59,828 bases of DNA from an uncultured bacterium (GTDB lineage Bacteria; Chlamydiota; Chlamydiia; Chlamydiales; SM23-39): the NCBI GenBank assembly GCA_964458995.1, contig CAYWKW010000002.1, positions 1 to 59,828 on the forward strand, written 5' to 3'. A program made the position numbers and the translations under genes. A model generated the notes under the pieces. That model worked only from the letters and a program-made list of their open reading frames with translations, was not told the origin of the DNA and did no database searches. Position 1 is the stretch's first letter, and every line of letters begins with the position of its first letter. Positions 44,802 to 53,842 of this stretch are shown here, piece by piece.

Positions 44802-45670
44802 TTCATTGGTTTTGACATGTAAAAATGGCCGATTTGCTGGATCATTTGGTTAACCGATTTGACCCAGCTGATCGCCTCTTTCCCCATCACCTTAATAATG
44901 AGACCCCACGCAGCCGCTAGTAGAGCAATACCCACCCAAGATTTGAGCGAAATTCCCAAAAAGACGATTTGAACTTGCGGCGCTAACCGGTTGGCAATTC
45001 CAAGAAACATATCTGTAAGAAGAATTCCAATAAGAGCTGGAGCGGAAAGTTGGATCGAAAGGGTCATCATCATATTAAGTAGAGAGATCATCTGCTTCCA
45101 AAAGGGTGTTTGGAGGGTAAAGAGAGTCGGACTGATAAGGCCGTCAACTGGGATCAACTGATAGGAGGTGGCCACGCCATCGAGAAAAATAAAGGGGCCG
45201 TTGAGGAGAAAAAAAGTGGCTATCAGAACATAGTTGTAGAGCATCCCGATGGGGCCCGTTTGCGATTGAGTTGTCGGGTCGGTGACTTGCAGCGCCGAGG
45301 AGCCCCGTTGATGGTCGATCAGACTCCCCGCCATGAGGGCAATATAAAAGGGGACGGCCGCAAAAAAACCCAGAATCATCCCAATGAGCAGCTCTTTTGC
45401 CATAAGGCCGATAAAGGCGCCATTGAATGGGAGTTCGCCCTTAGCAACCATCAAATTTTGCGGCAGAAAAATGGCGACCAGAGCGATGGCAAACATCATG
45501 CGCAGCGCCATCGGCAGGTTGCGGGGGGCGCCGAAGAAGGGGGCCAAGGCCATGATCGGAAGCATGCGGGCTAAGGTGAGAAAAAAGAGAGAGAGAACGG
45601 TCGCGGGCTGGAGGTGGGGCAGTGAGAGAAGCAGCGATACATAGCTATCGGTCGCTGTGAGAGTATCCAT
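44798..45670 (-). CDS. sctT: Type III secretion export apparatus protein SctT (CdsT/YscT)
   Basis: 290-aa FliR/SctT-type polytopic protein, positioned after sctS. Confidence 0.88.
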   Translation of the reverse strand: MDTLTATDSYVSLLLSLPHLQPATVLSLFFLTLARMLPIMALAPFFGAPRNLPMALRMMFAIALVAIFLPQNLMVAKGELPFNGAFIGLMAKELLIGMILGFFAAVPFYIALMAGSLIDHQRGSSALQVTDPTTQSQTGPIGMLYNYVLIATFFLLNGPFIFLDGVATSYQLIPVDGLISPTLFTLQTPFWKQMISLLNMMMTLSIQLSAPALIGILLTDMFLGIANRLAPQVQIVFLGISLKSWVGIALLAAAWGLIIKVMGKEAISWVKSVNQMIQQIGHFYMSKPMN

Positions 45671-45673
45671 CGA

Positions 45674-45946
45674 TTATCCAGCGCCTGCGCGAGAGATGGC
45701 AGTAAAAATCGTGGTTGTATATTGCATGATGCTAGCCCCAAGCCAGCCGCCTAAAAACAGGATCGTGAAAATGACGGCAAAGAGTTTGACTGTGAAGGAG
45801 AGGGTCTGCTCCTGAATCTGTGTGGCCGCTTGGAAAATGGCCACAATAAGACCCAAAATGGTGCTGATAATGATCGGCGGGCCAGAAAGGAGCAGGATTA
45901 GGAACAGCGCCTGGTAGGAGAGGGAGTAGATTTCATTGGCAAACAT
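45674..45946 (-). CDS. sctS: Type III secretion export apparatus protein SctS (CdsS/YscS)
   Basis: 90-aa two-helix hairpin protein. 'PPIIISTILGLIVAIFQAATQIQEQTLSF' is the FliQ/SctS signature. Confidence 0.9.
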   Translation of the reverse strand: MFANEIYSLSYQALFLILLLSGPPIIISTILGLIVAIFQAATQIQEQTLSFTVKLFAVIFTILFLGGWLGASIMQYTTTIFTAISRAGAG

Positions 45947-45953
45947 TCTGTAC

Positions 45954-46733
45954 CTATTTAAACGACATCGCTAAACCTTGGACTAGGATCGTCCACCCAT
46001 CAATCATCACCAAAAGAAGCAGCTTGATCGGCAAGGCAATCGTGAGCGGGGAGAGCATCATCATACCCATGGCGAGCAAAATGTTGGATACGACTAGATC
46101 GATCACAAAAAACGGCAGATAGATCAAAACCCCAATCTCAAAGGCCGTCTTCAGCTGACTCGTGATGAAGGCAGGAATGAGGATGATAAAATCAGTCTGC
46201 TTGAGTTGCGTTTTGTAGGGCTCAGGAAAGACCCTCGTTCCCAGCACATAAAAACTTTGGATGTGCTTTGCCGAGGCGTTGCGCTGCAAAAAGTCTCTCA
46301 ACGGTTCTTTGGCTTTATCAACTACGTTGACTATGAAGATGGCCGATTGGTTCGAAAGGATATCGGTTGGAGGGTTGGTTTTAATGACCCCTTCCGCCGC
46401 CTGGTACATGGCCAAACCGGTAGGGAACATGACATAGAGCGTGATGAGGAGGGCTATTCCGTTTAAAACCTGGTTCGGCGGCGTCTGCTGCACGCCCAAG
46501 GCGTTGCGAAGGAGGGAGAGGACGACGACGATCTTCATAAATGAGGTGAGGAGCATGATGGCGAAAGGGAGCAGCGAGAGGCCCGCCAAAACGGCCAGCT
46601 TGGTGACCATGGATGGGTTATTGCTCGGGGGCAGGGTCTGTTCCGTTTTTGCCGAAGCGGGCGGAGCAGGAGCGTTCTGCGCCATCAGAGGCGGTGCCAT
46701 GAGGAGCAGAAGGCAGATCAACCATTTTGTCAT
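45954..46733 (-). CDS. sctR: Type III secretion export apparatus protein SctR (CdsR/YscR)
   Basis: FliP/SctR motifs 'TSFMKIVVVLSLLRNALG', 'FIILIPAFITSQLKTAFEIG', 'DLVVSNILLAMGMMMLSP'. Confidence 0.92.
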   Translation of the reverse strand: MTKWLICLLLLMAPPLMAQNAPAPPASAKTEQTLPPSNNPSMVTKLAVLAGLSLLPFAIMLLTSFMKIVVVLSLLRNALGVQQTPPNQVLNGIALLITLYVMFPTGLAMYQAAEGVIKTNPPTDILSNQSAIFIVNVVDKAKEPLRDFLQRNASAKHIQSFYVLGTRVFPEPYKTQLKQTDFIILIPAFITSQLKTAFEIGVLIYLPFFVIDLVVSNILLAMGMMMLSPLTIALPIKLLLLVMIDGWTILVQGLAMSFK

Positions 46734-46736
46734 AGA

Positions 46737-47360
46737 TTACTTTTTCATGAAGGATTCGAACGCGGACTCAAGAGCGCGCCACTGGTTCTCTAGTTGTGCA
46801 TTGATAATACCTGCTTCGGTTTCTATCATGCAACCCCCCGGTTCAATATCGCCTCTTTCTTGGATCGAAAAGCTTTCGAGGTGTTCGAAGATTTTTTTGA
46901 TTTTGCCCCTGTTTTCTTCAATGGTAGGCAAGTCGGCTTTGTTTACATAAATCGTGATTTTTCGATGCTGCGTTACAGGCTTCAAAGAGGTCAGAACAAT
47001 ATCGACAATCCGGTCGGGATGAAGCCTCAACTCTTCGCCGATGATTTTTCTAGCTGCTTTCAAAGAGAGGGGCAAGAGCTTCTTTTGGATATCCTCCCTC
47101 AATGTTTTTAGCTCTTTATCTAAAGCGATAATATGTTTGTTGAGCGAGGTGAGCCCTTCTTGAAAACCCTCTTTAAAGGCTTGTTCTTTGATCGCTTCCG
47201 CCTCTTTGACCGCTTCTTGCTTAAAAACAACCGCCTCGGCCTTGACTGTTTTTAAGATTTCATGGGCATCTTCTAAAGTGCTGAATTCTTTGCCGGGAAT
47301 GACCTTTTTGCCTGGGGCCACTCGCACTTCTTTACCGAAAAAGAGGGAAAAAAATTTCAT
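46737..47360 (-). CDS. sctL: Type III secretion stator protein SctL (CdsL; FliH-like)
   Basis: 207 aa. The N-terminal half is a charged coiled coil and the C-terminal domain is FliH/SctL-like. The position matches CT561. Confidence 0.75.
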   Translation of the reverse strand: MKFFSLFFGKEVRVAPGKKVIPGKEFSTLEDAHEILKTVKAEAVVFKQEAVKEAEAIKEQAFKEGFQEGLTSLNKHIIALDKELKTLREDIQKKLLPLSLKAARKIIGEELRLHPDRIVDIVLTSLKPVTQHRKITIYVNKADLPTIEENRGKIKKIFEHLESFSIQERGDIEPGGCMIETEAGIINAQLENQWRALESAFESFMKK

Positions 47361-48199
47361 AAGAGCTCTTCAATTTGTCTTACGATCGCCTCGGATACAC
47401 CGTGGATCGGTTCTTTTGTGCAAAGCTTAAAGAGAGCGTTTCCTCGGCCGATATCTAGCTGATGGCAGACGTACCAGACGAGATCGGGGTCTTGTCCAGA
47501 AAGAGCCGCTCCCATTCGAACCAGGCCCCTTCGATGCAGAAGCGTCCGCAGCGATTCTTCAGATCCATCCCACCGATCGAGTCCCATCCGTCCCAAAACA
47601 AAATGTTCTTTATGAGTCGAAGCGACCTTTAGGAATTTCTTCTCTTCCTCTGATAAGAAACTGTAGATTTTTTTCAGGATTTTTGTCTCTACAATTTGGC
47701 GAAGTTCCGCAGCGAGATCGTACAAAGAGAGGATATCGATAATTCGGGTCAGCTCTTTTTTGTTTAAGTTCAGCAGTGGTTTTAGCGGTGTCGGAGGCAG
47801 ATAGTCAACCGGCAAGAGGCGATCATTTGGCCCCACCAAACTGTGCAATAGAATCTGACGCAAATAGGCTCTAGACACGTCGGTGATTTCTTGCGAGGGG
47901 ATCGTCGTCTCCAATACTTTAGCCAAATTTTTTGCCGAGCTATTGCCCAAAGCGGATAGAAATAATTTTTGTTCCTCTTCGGTATAGGACTTTAATGTAG
48001 GCAAAAACCAAGACCAGTGGACTTTATCTAAAACGGCCCCGTTGGAAAAGCTTTCTGGAGTAACTGTTTCGGCAAAAGAGGGGAGTTTTTCTAAACGTTC
48101 CCGTTCCTGATCTGGCAAAAATCGTTCCAGCGCCCTTTTTTTTTCAGGCTCGCAGCGGCTTAAAAAAGCCTTGAGAACCATCTCGCTGGGATTTCTCAA
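47357..48199 (-). CDS. T3SS-cluster protein at the position of C. trachomatis CT560 (possible SctK equivalent)
   Basis: It is translationally coupled on both sides (sctJ stop and sctL start overlaps). No motif was recognisable by eye, so the call rests on conserved gene order. Confidence 0.55.
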   Translation of the reverse strand: MRNPSEMVLKAFLSRCEPEKKRALERFLPDQERERLEKLPSFAETVTPESFSNGAVLDKVHWSWFLPTLKSYTEEEQKLFLSALGNSSAKNLAKVLETTIPSQEITDVSRAYLRQILLHSLVGPNDRLLPVDYLPPTPLKPLLNLNKKELTRIIDILSLYDLAAELRQIVETKILKKIYSFLSEEEKKFLKVASTHKEHFVLGRMGLDRWDGSEESLRTLLHRRGLVRMGAALSGQDPDLVWYVCHQLDIGRGNALFKLCTKEPIHGVSEAIVRQIEELL

Positions 48200-49065
48200 A
48201 CGGGGGGTCCTGGTGGCAAGTTTTCAGGTGGAACTGCACTTTCTTGCTTTTTCATGAGCGGGTAAAACTTATAAACCAGCCAGCCTACGCCTGCTGCAAA
48301 GAGGAGCAAGAGAACGATGAACGTAAAGAAAATGAGCCGGAACCTTGCCAATGAGCTTTTGGTCAAGACCACGCCCCAAATGCTCACATACGTTTGCTGC
48401 AGCGATTTGGGTCCGATCATTTCTGCATTGGGCTGTAAAGTAATGTCTGCAAGCCGTGATCGATCTGAAATGACCGATACATCGTCGTAATTCAATCCGT
48501 TGACGCTAGCCGCCATGAACCTTTTAATCTTCACTTCCATGTGGCTATTGGGATCTTCCATGACTCCCGCGTGCTTCACGTAGACAGCTGCCGTCGTTCT
48601 CTGTGGAGGGGCTCCAGGAACCGGATTTGTCTCCGTAGGCGGAAAAGAGATCTCCACATCGGCGTCGATCACCCCATCGATTTTCCGGATGGTATTCTTC
48701 AACTCTTCAGCCAATCCCGCCTGATACCTGATCGTCTCTTCCCTATCTGACTGCATCAGCCCCGATTTAGCAAACAGCGTCAGCAAATTCGTTCCCTGTC
48801 TTCGAGGCAGTCCCACATGATTCAGCAGGGCCATCGCGTCAGTTGTCTGAGCTGCATCCACATTGATGTTGTACATATCGGACGGAGCTCCGCCCGCGGC
48901 GGCGCTTACAGGCGCAGCGACTTTTTGCGCTGCGATTCCTTTAGAGGCCAAGTAGACGACAATTTCGTTGGCATCTCTTTCGGAGATATTGTTGACGATT
49001 GATTGGTTACCGGCGCAACCGGCGAGAAGAAGGAGAAAGAGACATTTCAGAATCGTTTTTTGCAT
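48196..49065 (-). CDS. sctJ: Type III secretion inner-membrane ring lipoprotein SctJ (CdsJ/YscJ)
   Basis: Lipobox 'LLLLAGCAGN', YscJ/FliF-type domains ('ERDANEIVVYLASKGIAAQK') and a C-terminal TM segment. Confidence 0.9.
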   Translation of the reverse strand: MQKTILKCLFLLLLAGCAGNQSIVNNISERDANEIVVYLASKGIAAQKVAAPVSAAAGGAPSDMYNINVDAAQTTDAMALLNHVGLPRRQGTNLLTLFAKSGLMQSDREETIRYQAGLAEELKNTIRKIDGVIDADVEISFPPTETNPVPGAPPQRTTAAVYVKHAGVMEDPNSHMEVKIKRFMAASVNGLNYDDVSVISDRSRLADITLQPNAEMIGPKSLQQTYVSIWGVVLTKSSLARFRLIFFTFIVLLLLFAAGVGWLVYKFYPLMKKQESAVPPENLPPGPPV

Positions 49066-49172
49066 AAGATTTCAGCACCCTAATTCAGTTATAACAAAAA
49101 AGACAAGGGTTGGACAAGAAGATTCAGCGAGAGCAAGACTCTAATATTTCGTGACACGGACTCGGACTCGGA

Positions 49173-50111
49173 TTATTTTAACCAATTGGGACAGTTGCCA
49201 AATTTGCCACGGAAATAATCAACCACTCCCGCAATGCCCGCACGGTAGCGACGCACTTTTTGCCGATCGGAACCAAAAACAGACTTAATTAAATAATGTC
49301 TCACCAATTTCCAAACATCAGGCCAAATCACCTTCCGGTAAAGCTTTCCCTTCTCCTCCTCGGAACAATTGCGCTCAATCCATAACAGCCTGCCGCGCCA
49401 CCAAAAGTAGTGCATCTGCGGCTTGCCTCCCGTAAAAGAGGAGGACCCCTTATGCCAGATTTTCGCCTCTGGCGCCGTCCACACCTCAAAACCGGCCCTG
49501 CGCGCCCGATAACAAAAATCGGTCTCCTCCCAAAAAAGAAAATACTTCGGCTCCAGTAAACCGATCTTTTCTGGAACACTCCGGTGCATCAAAAGCGCTG
49601 CGCCGCAAACATAATCGGCCTGTTTCATGTTGTGATACATGTGATCCTCTTGCTCTGCTTCAAGAGATTCAAAATCGCCCTTTTGTCCATTCCAAAAGCC
49701 CCCCAGGTGGTCGATGATGTTTCTCCGCGAATACGAGAGGATTTTCGCGCCTAAGATTTTGGCTTTCGGCTGCTCTTGGGCGGCCTTGAGAAAGGCAGTG
49801 AGAAAATCGGGGGCCGCAATGGTATCATTGTTGAGAAGGAGGATCCACTCCGCATGGTGGCGCAGGGCCCACTCGATTCCCCGGTTATTGCCTCCGGCAA
49901 AGCCTAGGTTTTCCCCCGTTTCCAAAATCGGAATGTCGGGATAGGCCGAACGGAAAACAGCCACCGAGTCGTTGGTCGATCCATTATCGACGATGATGGT
50001 TTGAAAATGGGGGTATTGCACTTTTTGCAAAGAGGCCAAACACTCCAAGGTGTCTTTTTTCCCATTCCAATTGAGGAGAATGATGCTGATTTTAGGAGAT
50101 GTTTTTGACAT
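49173..50111 (-). CDS. Family 2 glycosyltransferase (rhamnosyltransferase-like)
   Basis: 'ISIILLNWNGKKDTLECL..IIVDNGSTNDS' and 'LLLNNDT' (DxD-type). The start was set at 'MSKTSPK' because the longer ORF would overlap pyrF. Confidence 0.85.
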   Translation of the reverse strand: MSKTSPKISIILLNWNGKKDTLECLASLQKVQYPHFQTIIVDNGSTNDSVAVFRSAYPDIPILETGENLGFAGGNNRGIEWALRHHAEWILLLNNDTIAAPDFLTAFLKAAQEQPKAKILGAKILSYSRRNIIDHLGGFWNGQKGDFESLEAEQEDHMYHNMKQADYVCGAALLMHRSVPEKIGLLEPKYFLFWEETDFCYRARRAGFEVWTAPEAKIWHKGSSSFTGGKPQMHYFWWRGRLLWIERNCSEEEKGKLYRKVIWPDVWKLVRHYLIKSVFGSDRQKVRRYRAGIAGVVDYFRGKFGNCPNWLK

Positions 50112-50226
50112 GATACTACTCCCACTCAAAAAGTATGAATCTGCCGGCGTCGGGCAGCCACAGATTTTGAGATCCGCCTGCGCCGTCTTCGCCTGACTCA
50201 AAATCTGGGCGCCTCCTTGGCATTTT

Positions 50227-50991
50227 TCATCCTTTTTGAATAGTCGTAGTATAGGCATTCCAAGCCTTTTCGCGATAAAGATGGGCCTGTTCATTGGGGT
50301 TGGCTGCGTGGGTAATGTCGCGCCCCACAATGATGATATCGCTCTTGTTTTTGCAGATGATCTCATCGACCGTTCTGTATCTCTGGCCAAGTGCATCTTG
50401 ACCTGGTTGCATTTTGACGCCCGGCGTAAAGTGGATCATCCCGGGATGCTGACTCAATTTCCTTAAGGCAATAAACCCAATCACTGTTTCTGCATGAGCC
50501 TCCGCCATTTCGACGGCTTTGCGAGTATAGGCTCCTTTGGCCATCGTGCCATCTGAACTCATCTCGGCCAAAAGCAACAGATTGGACCCCTTCAACCCTT
50601 CAATGATTCCCGGGCCGGGGACAATGTGCGCATTGATCAGATCGGCCCACTCGGCAATCCGGTAGATCCCTTTCCGGTATTGGAGTGACACCGTTTGCCC
50701 AATGTCGGCAAATTTCCGGTCTTCAAAAATAAGAAAGCGATGTTTTTCAGCCAATTTGCGCAGTTCTTTGCCAAAATCGGGAGTGTAATCTTCCAAAATA
50801 TCAACGTGCGTTTTCAAAACACACAGCTCTGGACCCAAAAGGTCGGCCATTTTTAACAATTGACTTTGCGAGGTGACATCTAACGCAACGGATAGATTCG
50901 TCTTTTTATCTTCCATGAGTTTGAGCAGCTTTTGCGCCATCGGCTGGCGCGTCAAATTCGCTCTTTTGAGAAAGGAGAGTGGTTTAGGCAT
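50227..50991 (-). CDS. pyrF: Orotidine 5'-phosphate decarboxylase
   Basis: 'LSVALDV' and 'FEDRKFADIGQTV' are present. The latter nearly matches the eukaryotic URA3/UMPS motif FEDRKFADIGNTV. Confidence 0.92.
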   Translation of the reverse strand: MPKPLSFLKRANLTRQPMAQKLLKLMEDKKTNLSVALDVTSQSQLLKMADLLGPELCVLKTHVDILEDYTPDFGKELRKLAEKHRFLIFEDRKFADIGQTVSLQYRKGIYRIAEWADLINAHIVPGPGIIEGLKGSNLLLLAEMSSDGTMAKGAYTRKAVEMAEAHAETVIGFIALRKLSQHPGMIHFTPGVKMQPGQDALGQRYRTVDEIICKNKSDIIIVGRDITHAANPNEQAHLYREKAWNAYTTTIQKG

Positions 50992-51589
50992 ACGTTTGAT
51001 TCTTTCGGATGAAGTCTTTAACCGATTCGTAAGTGGAACCGTTGATTTTTCCCTCTTTTAGGAGCTCATCGATGATCGAAGTGATGGTGCAAATGGAATG
51101 AACGTGGAAACCTTTACTTTCAATATGTTTTCTTCCGCCCTGCTCCCGGTCGACCAAAACGACGATGTCTTTTACCTCGAGGCCCTCTTGCTCCAGAGGA
51201 ACGATCGTTTCAAAAATGCTTTGCCCCGATGTGATCACATCCTCCACCACAAGGCACCGTTGCCCCGCTTGATAAATCCCCTCCACCATTTTGCCCGTCC
51301 CATACTCTTTTTTTTCTTTGCGGCGCAAAATCATCGGGATGGAGTGTTGAATGGAGATCGCTGTTGCAAAAGGGAGGGCCGTGTAGGGGACGCCGCACAC
51401 CAGATCGATTTTACAATCGCGCACCGCCTCGTGCATCGCTTCCGCAATGGCCACGAGCAATTTGGGATTCGACACAGTCAGCCTCAAGTCGATGTAAATG
51501 GGCGACTCAATGCCGCTCTTCAGCTTAAAGCTGCCGAACTTGACAGCGCCCATTTCGAAAAGTTTATGAATGAGTGAACGAACGTGCAT
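50984..51589 (-). CDS. pyrE: Orotate phosphoribosyltransferase
   Basis: PRPP-binding motif 'CLVVEDVITSGQS'. It overlaps pyrF. Confidence 0.92.
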   Translation of the reverse strand: MHVRSLIHKLFEMGAVKFGSFKLKSGIESPIYIDLRLTVSNPKLLVAIAEAMHEAVRDCKIDLVCGVPYTALPFATAISIQHSIPMILRRKEKKEYGTGKMVEGIYQAGQRCLVVEDVITSGQSIFETIVPLEQEGLEVKDIVVLVDREQGGRKHIESKGFHVHSICTITSIIDELLKEGKINGSTYESVKDFIRKNQTYA

Positions 51590-52610
51590 GATATCTCATT
51601 GCTAAGTATGGATCCCACATGAGTCCCGTTGCGCTCATGGCAACATCGGCTCCCGCATCAAAAAAGGCATCAAAGTGCTCCGGCAGCATAATGCCGCCGC
51701 ATCCCATCAAGACCAATCCCAGGCGATTTTTCCGGATCACATCGGCCGCATCCCGAATGAACTCCAAAGCGGTCCCCCGAATGGCCCCGCCGCAAACTCC
51801 GCTCGTTTTTCGATGTTCGTCCAATGGCGGCTCCACTTTCATACTCACCGTGTTGATCCCGCAAATGGCTCTCACCCCCGCTCTTGCCGCCGCCAAAAAG
51901 ACACTCTTCATCAAGTGGCGGCTGGGGAAAACCCCAATCTTCAGAATCAGCGGCGCTGGGTGGATCGCTTTCACAATTAGTCGGGCATATTCATGAACGG
52001 TCTCGGGGCTGTTATATAAAATTCCATCCGCTTTCTCTACATTGGGACACGAAAAGTTAGCCTCCACGATTTTAGCGCCAGCCTCTCGAGCCAGCACCGC
52101 CGTCCTAACGAAATCTTCTGCAAAGCTCATACCCCTGTTGGGCGTCCCCACCACCGACACAACCATCACCTGCCCTTTGCCAAGCGAACGATTGCCTTTT
52201 TCAATGTCTTCCAATAAAAAGTCGGGCGATCTCGACGGCATTCCGAAGGAATTGGTAATCGTCAACTCCTCCAAATCACCTGGCTGCGCCACCTGCCTGC
52301 CCGTCCCATCGACAAAAGCGATATTGGGCAGCCTATGCCCTGGATGAGCTTCGCTCCGGATCGTCTTGTAAACGGGAATATCGAAACCGAGCCTCCCCGC
52401 CAAATCGATCCATCTTGAGTTTAACAACGGACCCGCGGGCACTCCGAGCATCGAGTTTACCTCAAAGCCCAAAAAGTCGCTCATCTTCTCTGGCTTTGGC
52501 CTCTTTGGAATCTTCCCCTCAAAAAAGGGGCCTTCCGCGGCATTTTCAGCATACGTTTTTTTAATATTATAAATGGGCGGATTCTCAGGATACCAGTCAG
52601 GAGGCATCAT
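51564..52610 (-). CDS. pyrD: Dihydroorotate dehydrogenase (class 1-like, Cys active site)
   Basis: 'VEANFSCPNV' and the TIM-barrel FMN motifs 'GGIMLPEH..AGADVAMSATG'. It lies in the pyr operon. Confidence 0.8.
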   Translation of the reverse strand: MMPPDWYPENPPIYNIKKTYAENAAEGPFFEGKIPKRPKPEKMSDFLGFEVNSMLGVPAGPLLNSRWIDLAGRLGFDIPVYKTIRSEAHPGHRLPNIAFVDGTGRQVAQPGDLEELTITNSFGMPSRSPDFLLEDIEKGNRSLGKGQVMVVSVVGTPNRGMSFAEDFVRTAVLAREAGAKIVEANFSCPNVEKADGILYNSPETVHEYARLIVKAIHPAPLILKIGVFPSRHLMKSVFLAAARAGVRAICGINTVSMKVEPPLDEHRKTSGVCGGAIRGTALEFIRDAADVIRKNRLGLVLMGCGGIMLPEHFDAFFDAGADVAMSATGLMWDPYLAMRYHARSFTHS

Positions 52611-53820
52611 AAACTTTCCCCTTTAAAATCGTATACTTAGGCCAGCCTTTCAATTGCATCCCTTCATACGGAGACCATCCTGCTTTCGTTTTCAGATGGG
52701 CATTGTCGACCCTCTTCACCCGATTCAGATCGACCAGGACCACATCGTCATTGGCGGGCCACCGGAAAATCTCCTGAGGATGAGTATGAGTTAGAGAGAC
52801 GATTTGTTCCAGAGAGATTTTTTTTTCACTATAGGCATTCAACAGCAAAGCCAAATACAACTCAATCGACGGGAACCCCGATGGCGCCGACCCATAAGGC
52901 TTCTTCTTCTCCACTAACAAGTGGGGCGCATGATCGGTCCCAATAGTGTCCACCGTCCCATCCTTCACTCCCTCCCACAACGACCTATTTTCCTCTCTTA
53001 AAGGGGGATTGACCAAGGCGCAAGTCCCCAATTTCTCATAAGCCGCCGTTGTCAAAAACAGATGGTGGGGCGCCGCCTCCGCATAAACCTTCAGCCCGTT
53101 CTTCTTCGCCTTCCGGATCAAATCCAACTCTTCCTTCGTGCTCACATGGGCAATATAAAGGCGGGTCCCATACTTCTCGGCTAGCCGAATGGCGTGCTCA
53201 ACCGCCTTGGCCGCCACCTCAGCATTCCTCAACACAGAATGGTGCCCCGCTCCCAAATGTAAAGCCGCTTTACATTTGTCTTTTCTCCCCTCAATCGAAT
53301 CTTCATCTTCGGCGTGGACAGCGACGAGCACATCATTCTCGCCTGCAATGCGAAAGGCTTTATCCAGGGCGGCAGGGTCGTTCATTAAGAGGTCGCCTGT
53401 GGATGATCCCATGTAGATTTTCAGGCCGACGATCTCTTTTTTCACTTTGGGGATTTCATCTAGGTGATTTTGATCGGCCCCTAAATATAAACCGTAGCGC
53501 AAAGGGATCTTTAGCTGCCCATCTATGATCCGTTTTTTATCTCGCAGCCGTTCTGCGGTGATGCAGCTGGGCGTATTGTTGGGCATATCGAAAACGGTAG
53601 TGACCCCGCCGGCGATGGCGGCTCTGGAGGCGCTTTGCCAATCTTCTTTATGCTCGGCGCCTGGGATCCGGAAGTGGACATGAGGGTCAATCAAAGCTGG
53701 CAGCATCAACAGACCGGAGCCATCGATGACCCTAGCTTCTCCTTCCATGAAGTGGTCGACCTGCTTTCCGTCTACGGTTTGCACTTTCCGAATTTCGATC
53801 ATGAGAGTAGTGTAGAACAC
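52597..53820 (-). CDS. pyrC: Dihydroorotase
   Basis: 'DPHVHFR', 'VAVHAED', 'IGTDHAPH'. Confidence 0.92.
   Translation of the reverse strand: MFYTTLMIEIRKVQTVDGKQVDHFMEGEARVIDGSGLLMLPALIDPHVHFRIPGAEHKEDWQSASRAAIAGGVTTVFDMPNNTPSCITAERLRDKKRIIDGQLKIPLRYGLYLGADQNHLDEIPKVKKEIVGLKIYMGSSTGDLLMNDPAALDKAFRIAGENDVLVAVHAEDEDSIEGRKDKCKAALHLGAGHHSVLRNAEVAAKAVEHAIRLAEKYGTRLYIAHVSTKEELDLIRKAKKNGLKVYAEAAPHHLFLTTAAYEKLGTCALVNPPLREENRSLWEGVKDGTVDTIGTDHAPHLLVEKKKPYGSAPSGFPSIELYLALLLNAYSEKKISLEQIVSLTHTHPQEIFRWPANDDVVLVDLNRVKRVDNAHLKTKAGWSPYEGMQLKGWPKYTILKGKVYDAS
53254..53278. repeat. Intragenic palindrome, copy in pyrC
   Basis: 'caaatgtaaagc-c-gctttacatttg' has perfect 12-nt arms. It again encodes 'KCKAALHL', read on the minus strand. 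Confidence 0.9.
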
Positions 53821-53842
53821 TCCCCTTTTTTCCGCCCTAAAA

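Noticed and set aside
49140-49170. Micro-repeat 'ggactcggactcgga' downstream of the GT2 gene
   Set aside because: It is 2.5 copies of a hexamer in an intergenic spacer, with no hairpin and no other copies seen. It is likely trivial.
49173-50396. Long N-terminal extensions in the ORF track: GT2 to 50396, 34130-34735, speD to 22679 and ispD to 7954
   Set aside because: The extensions overlap neighbouring well-supported genes (pyrF, sufB, the 22680 gene, kdpF) and add no homologous sequence. Internal Met starts were used instead.
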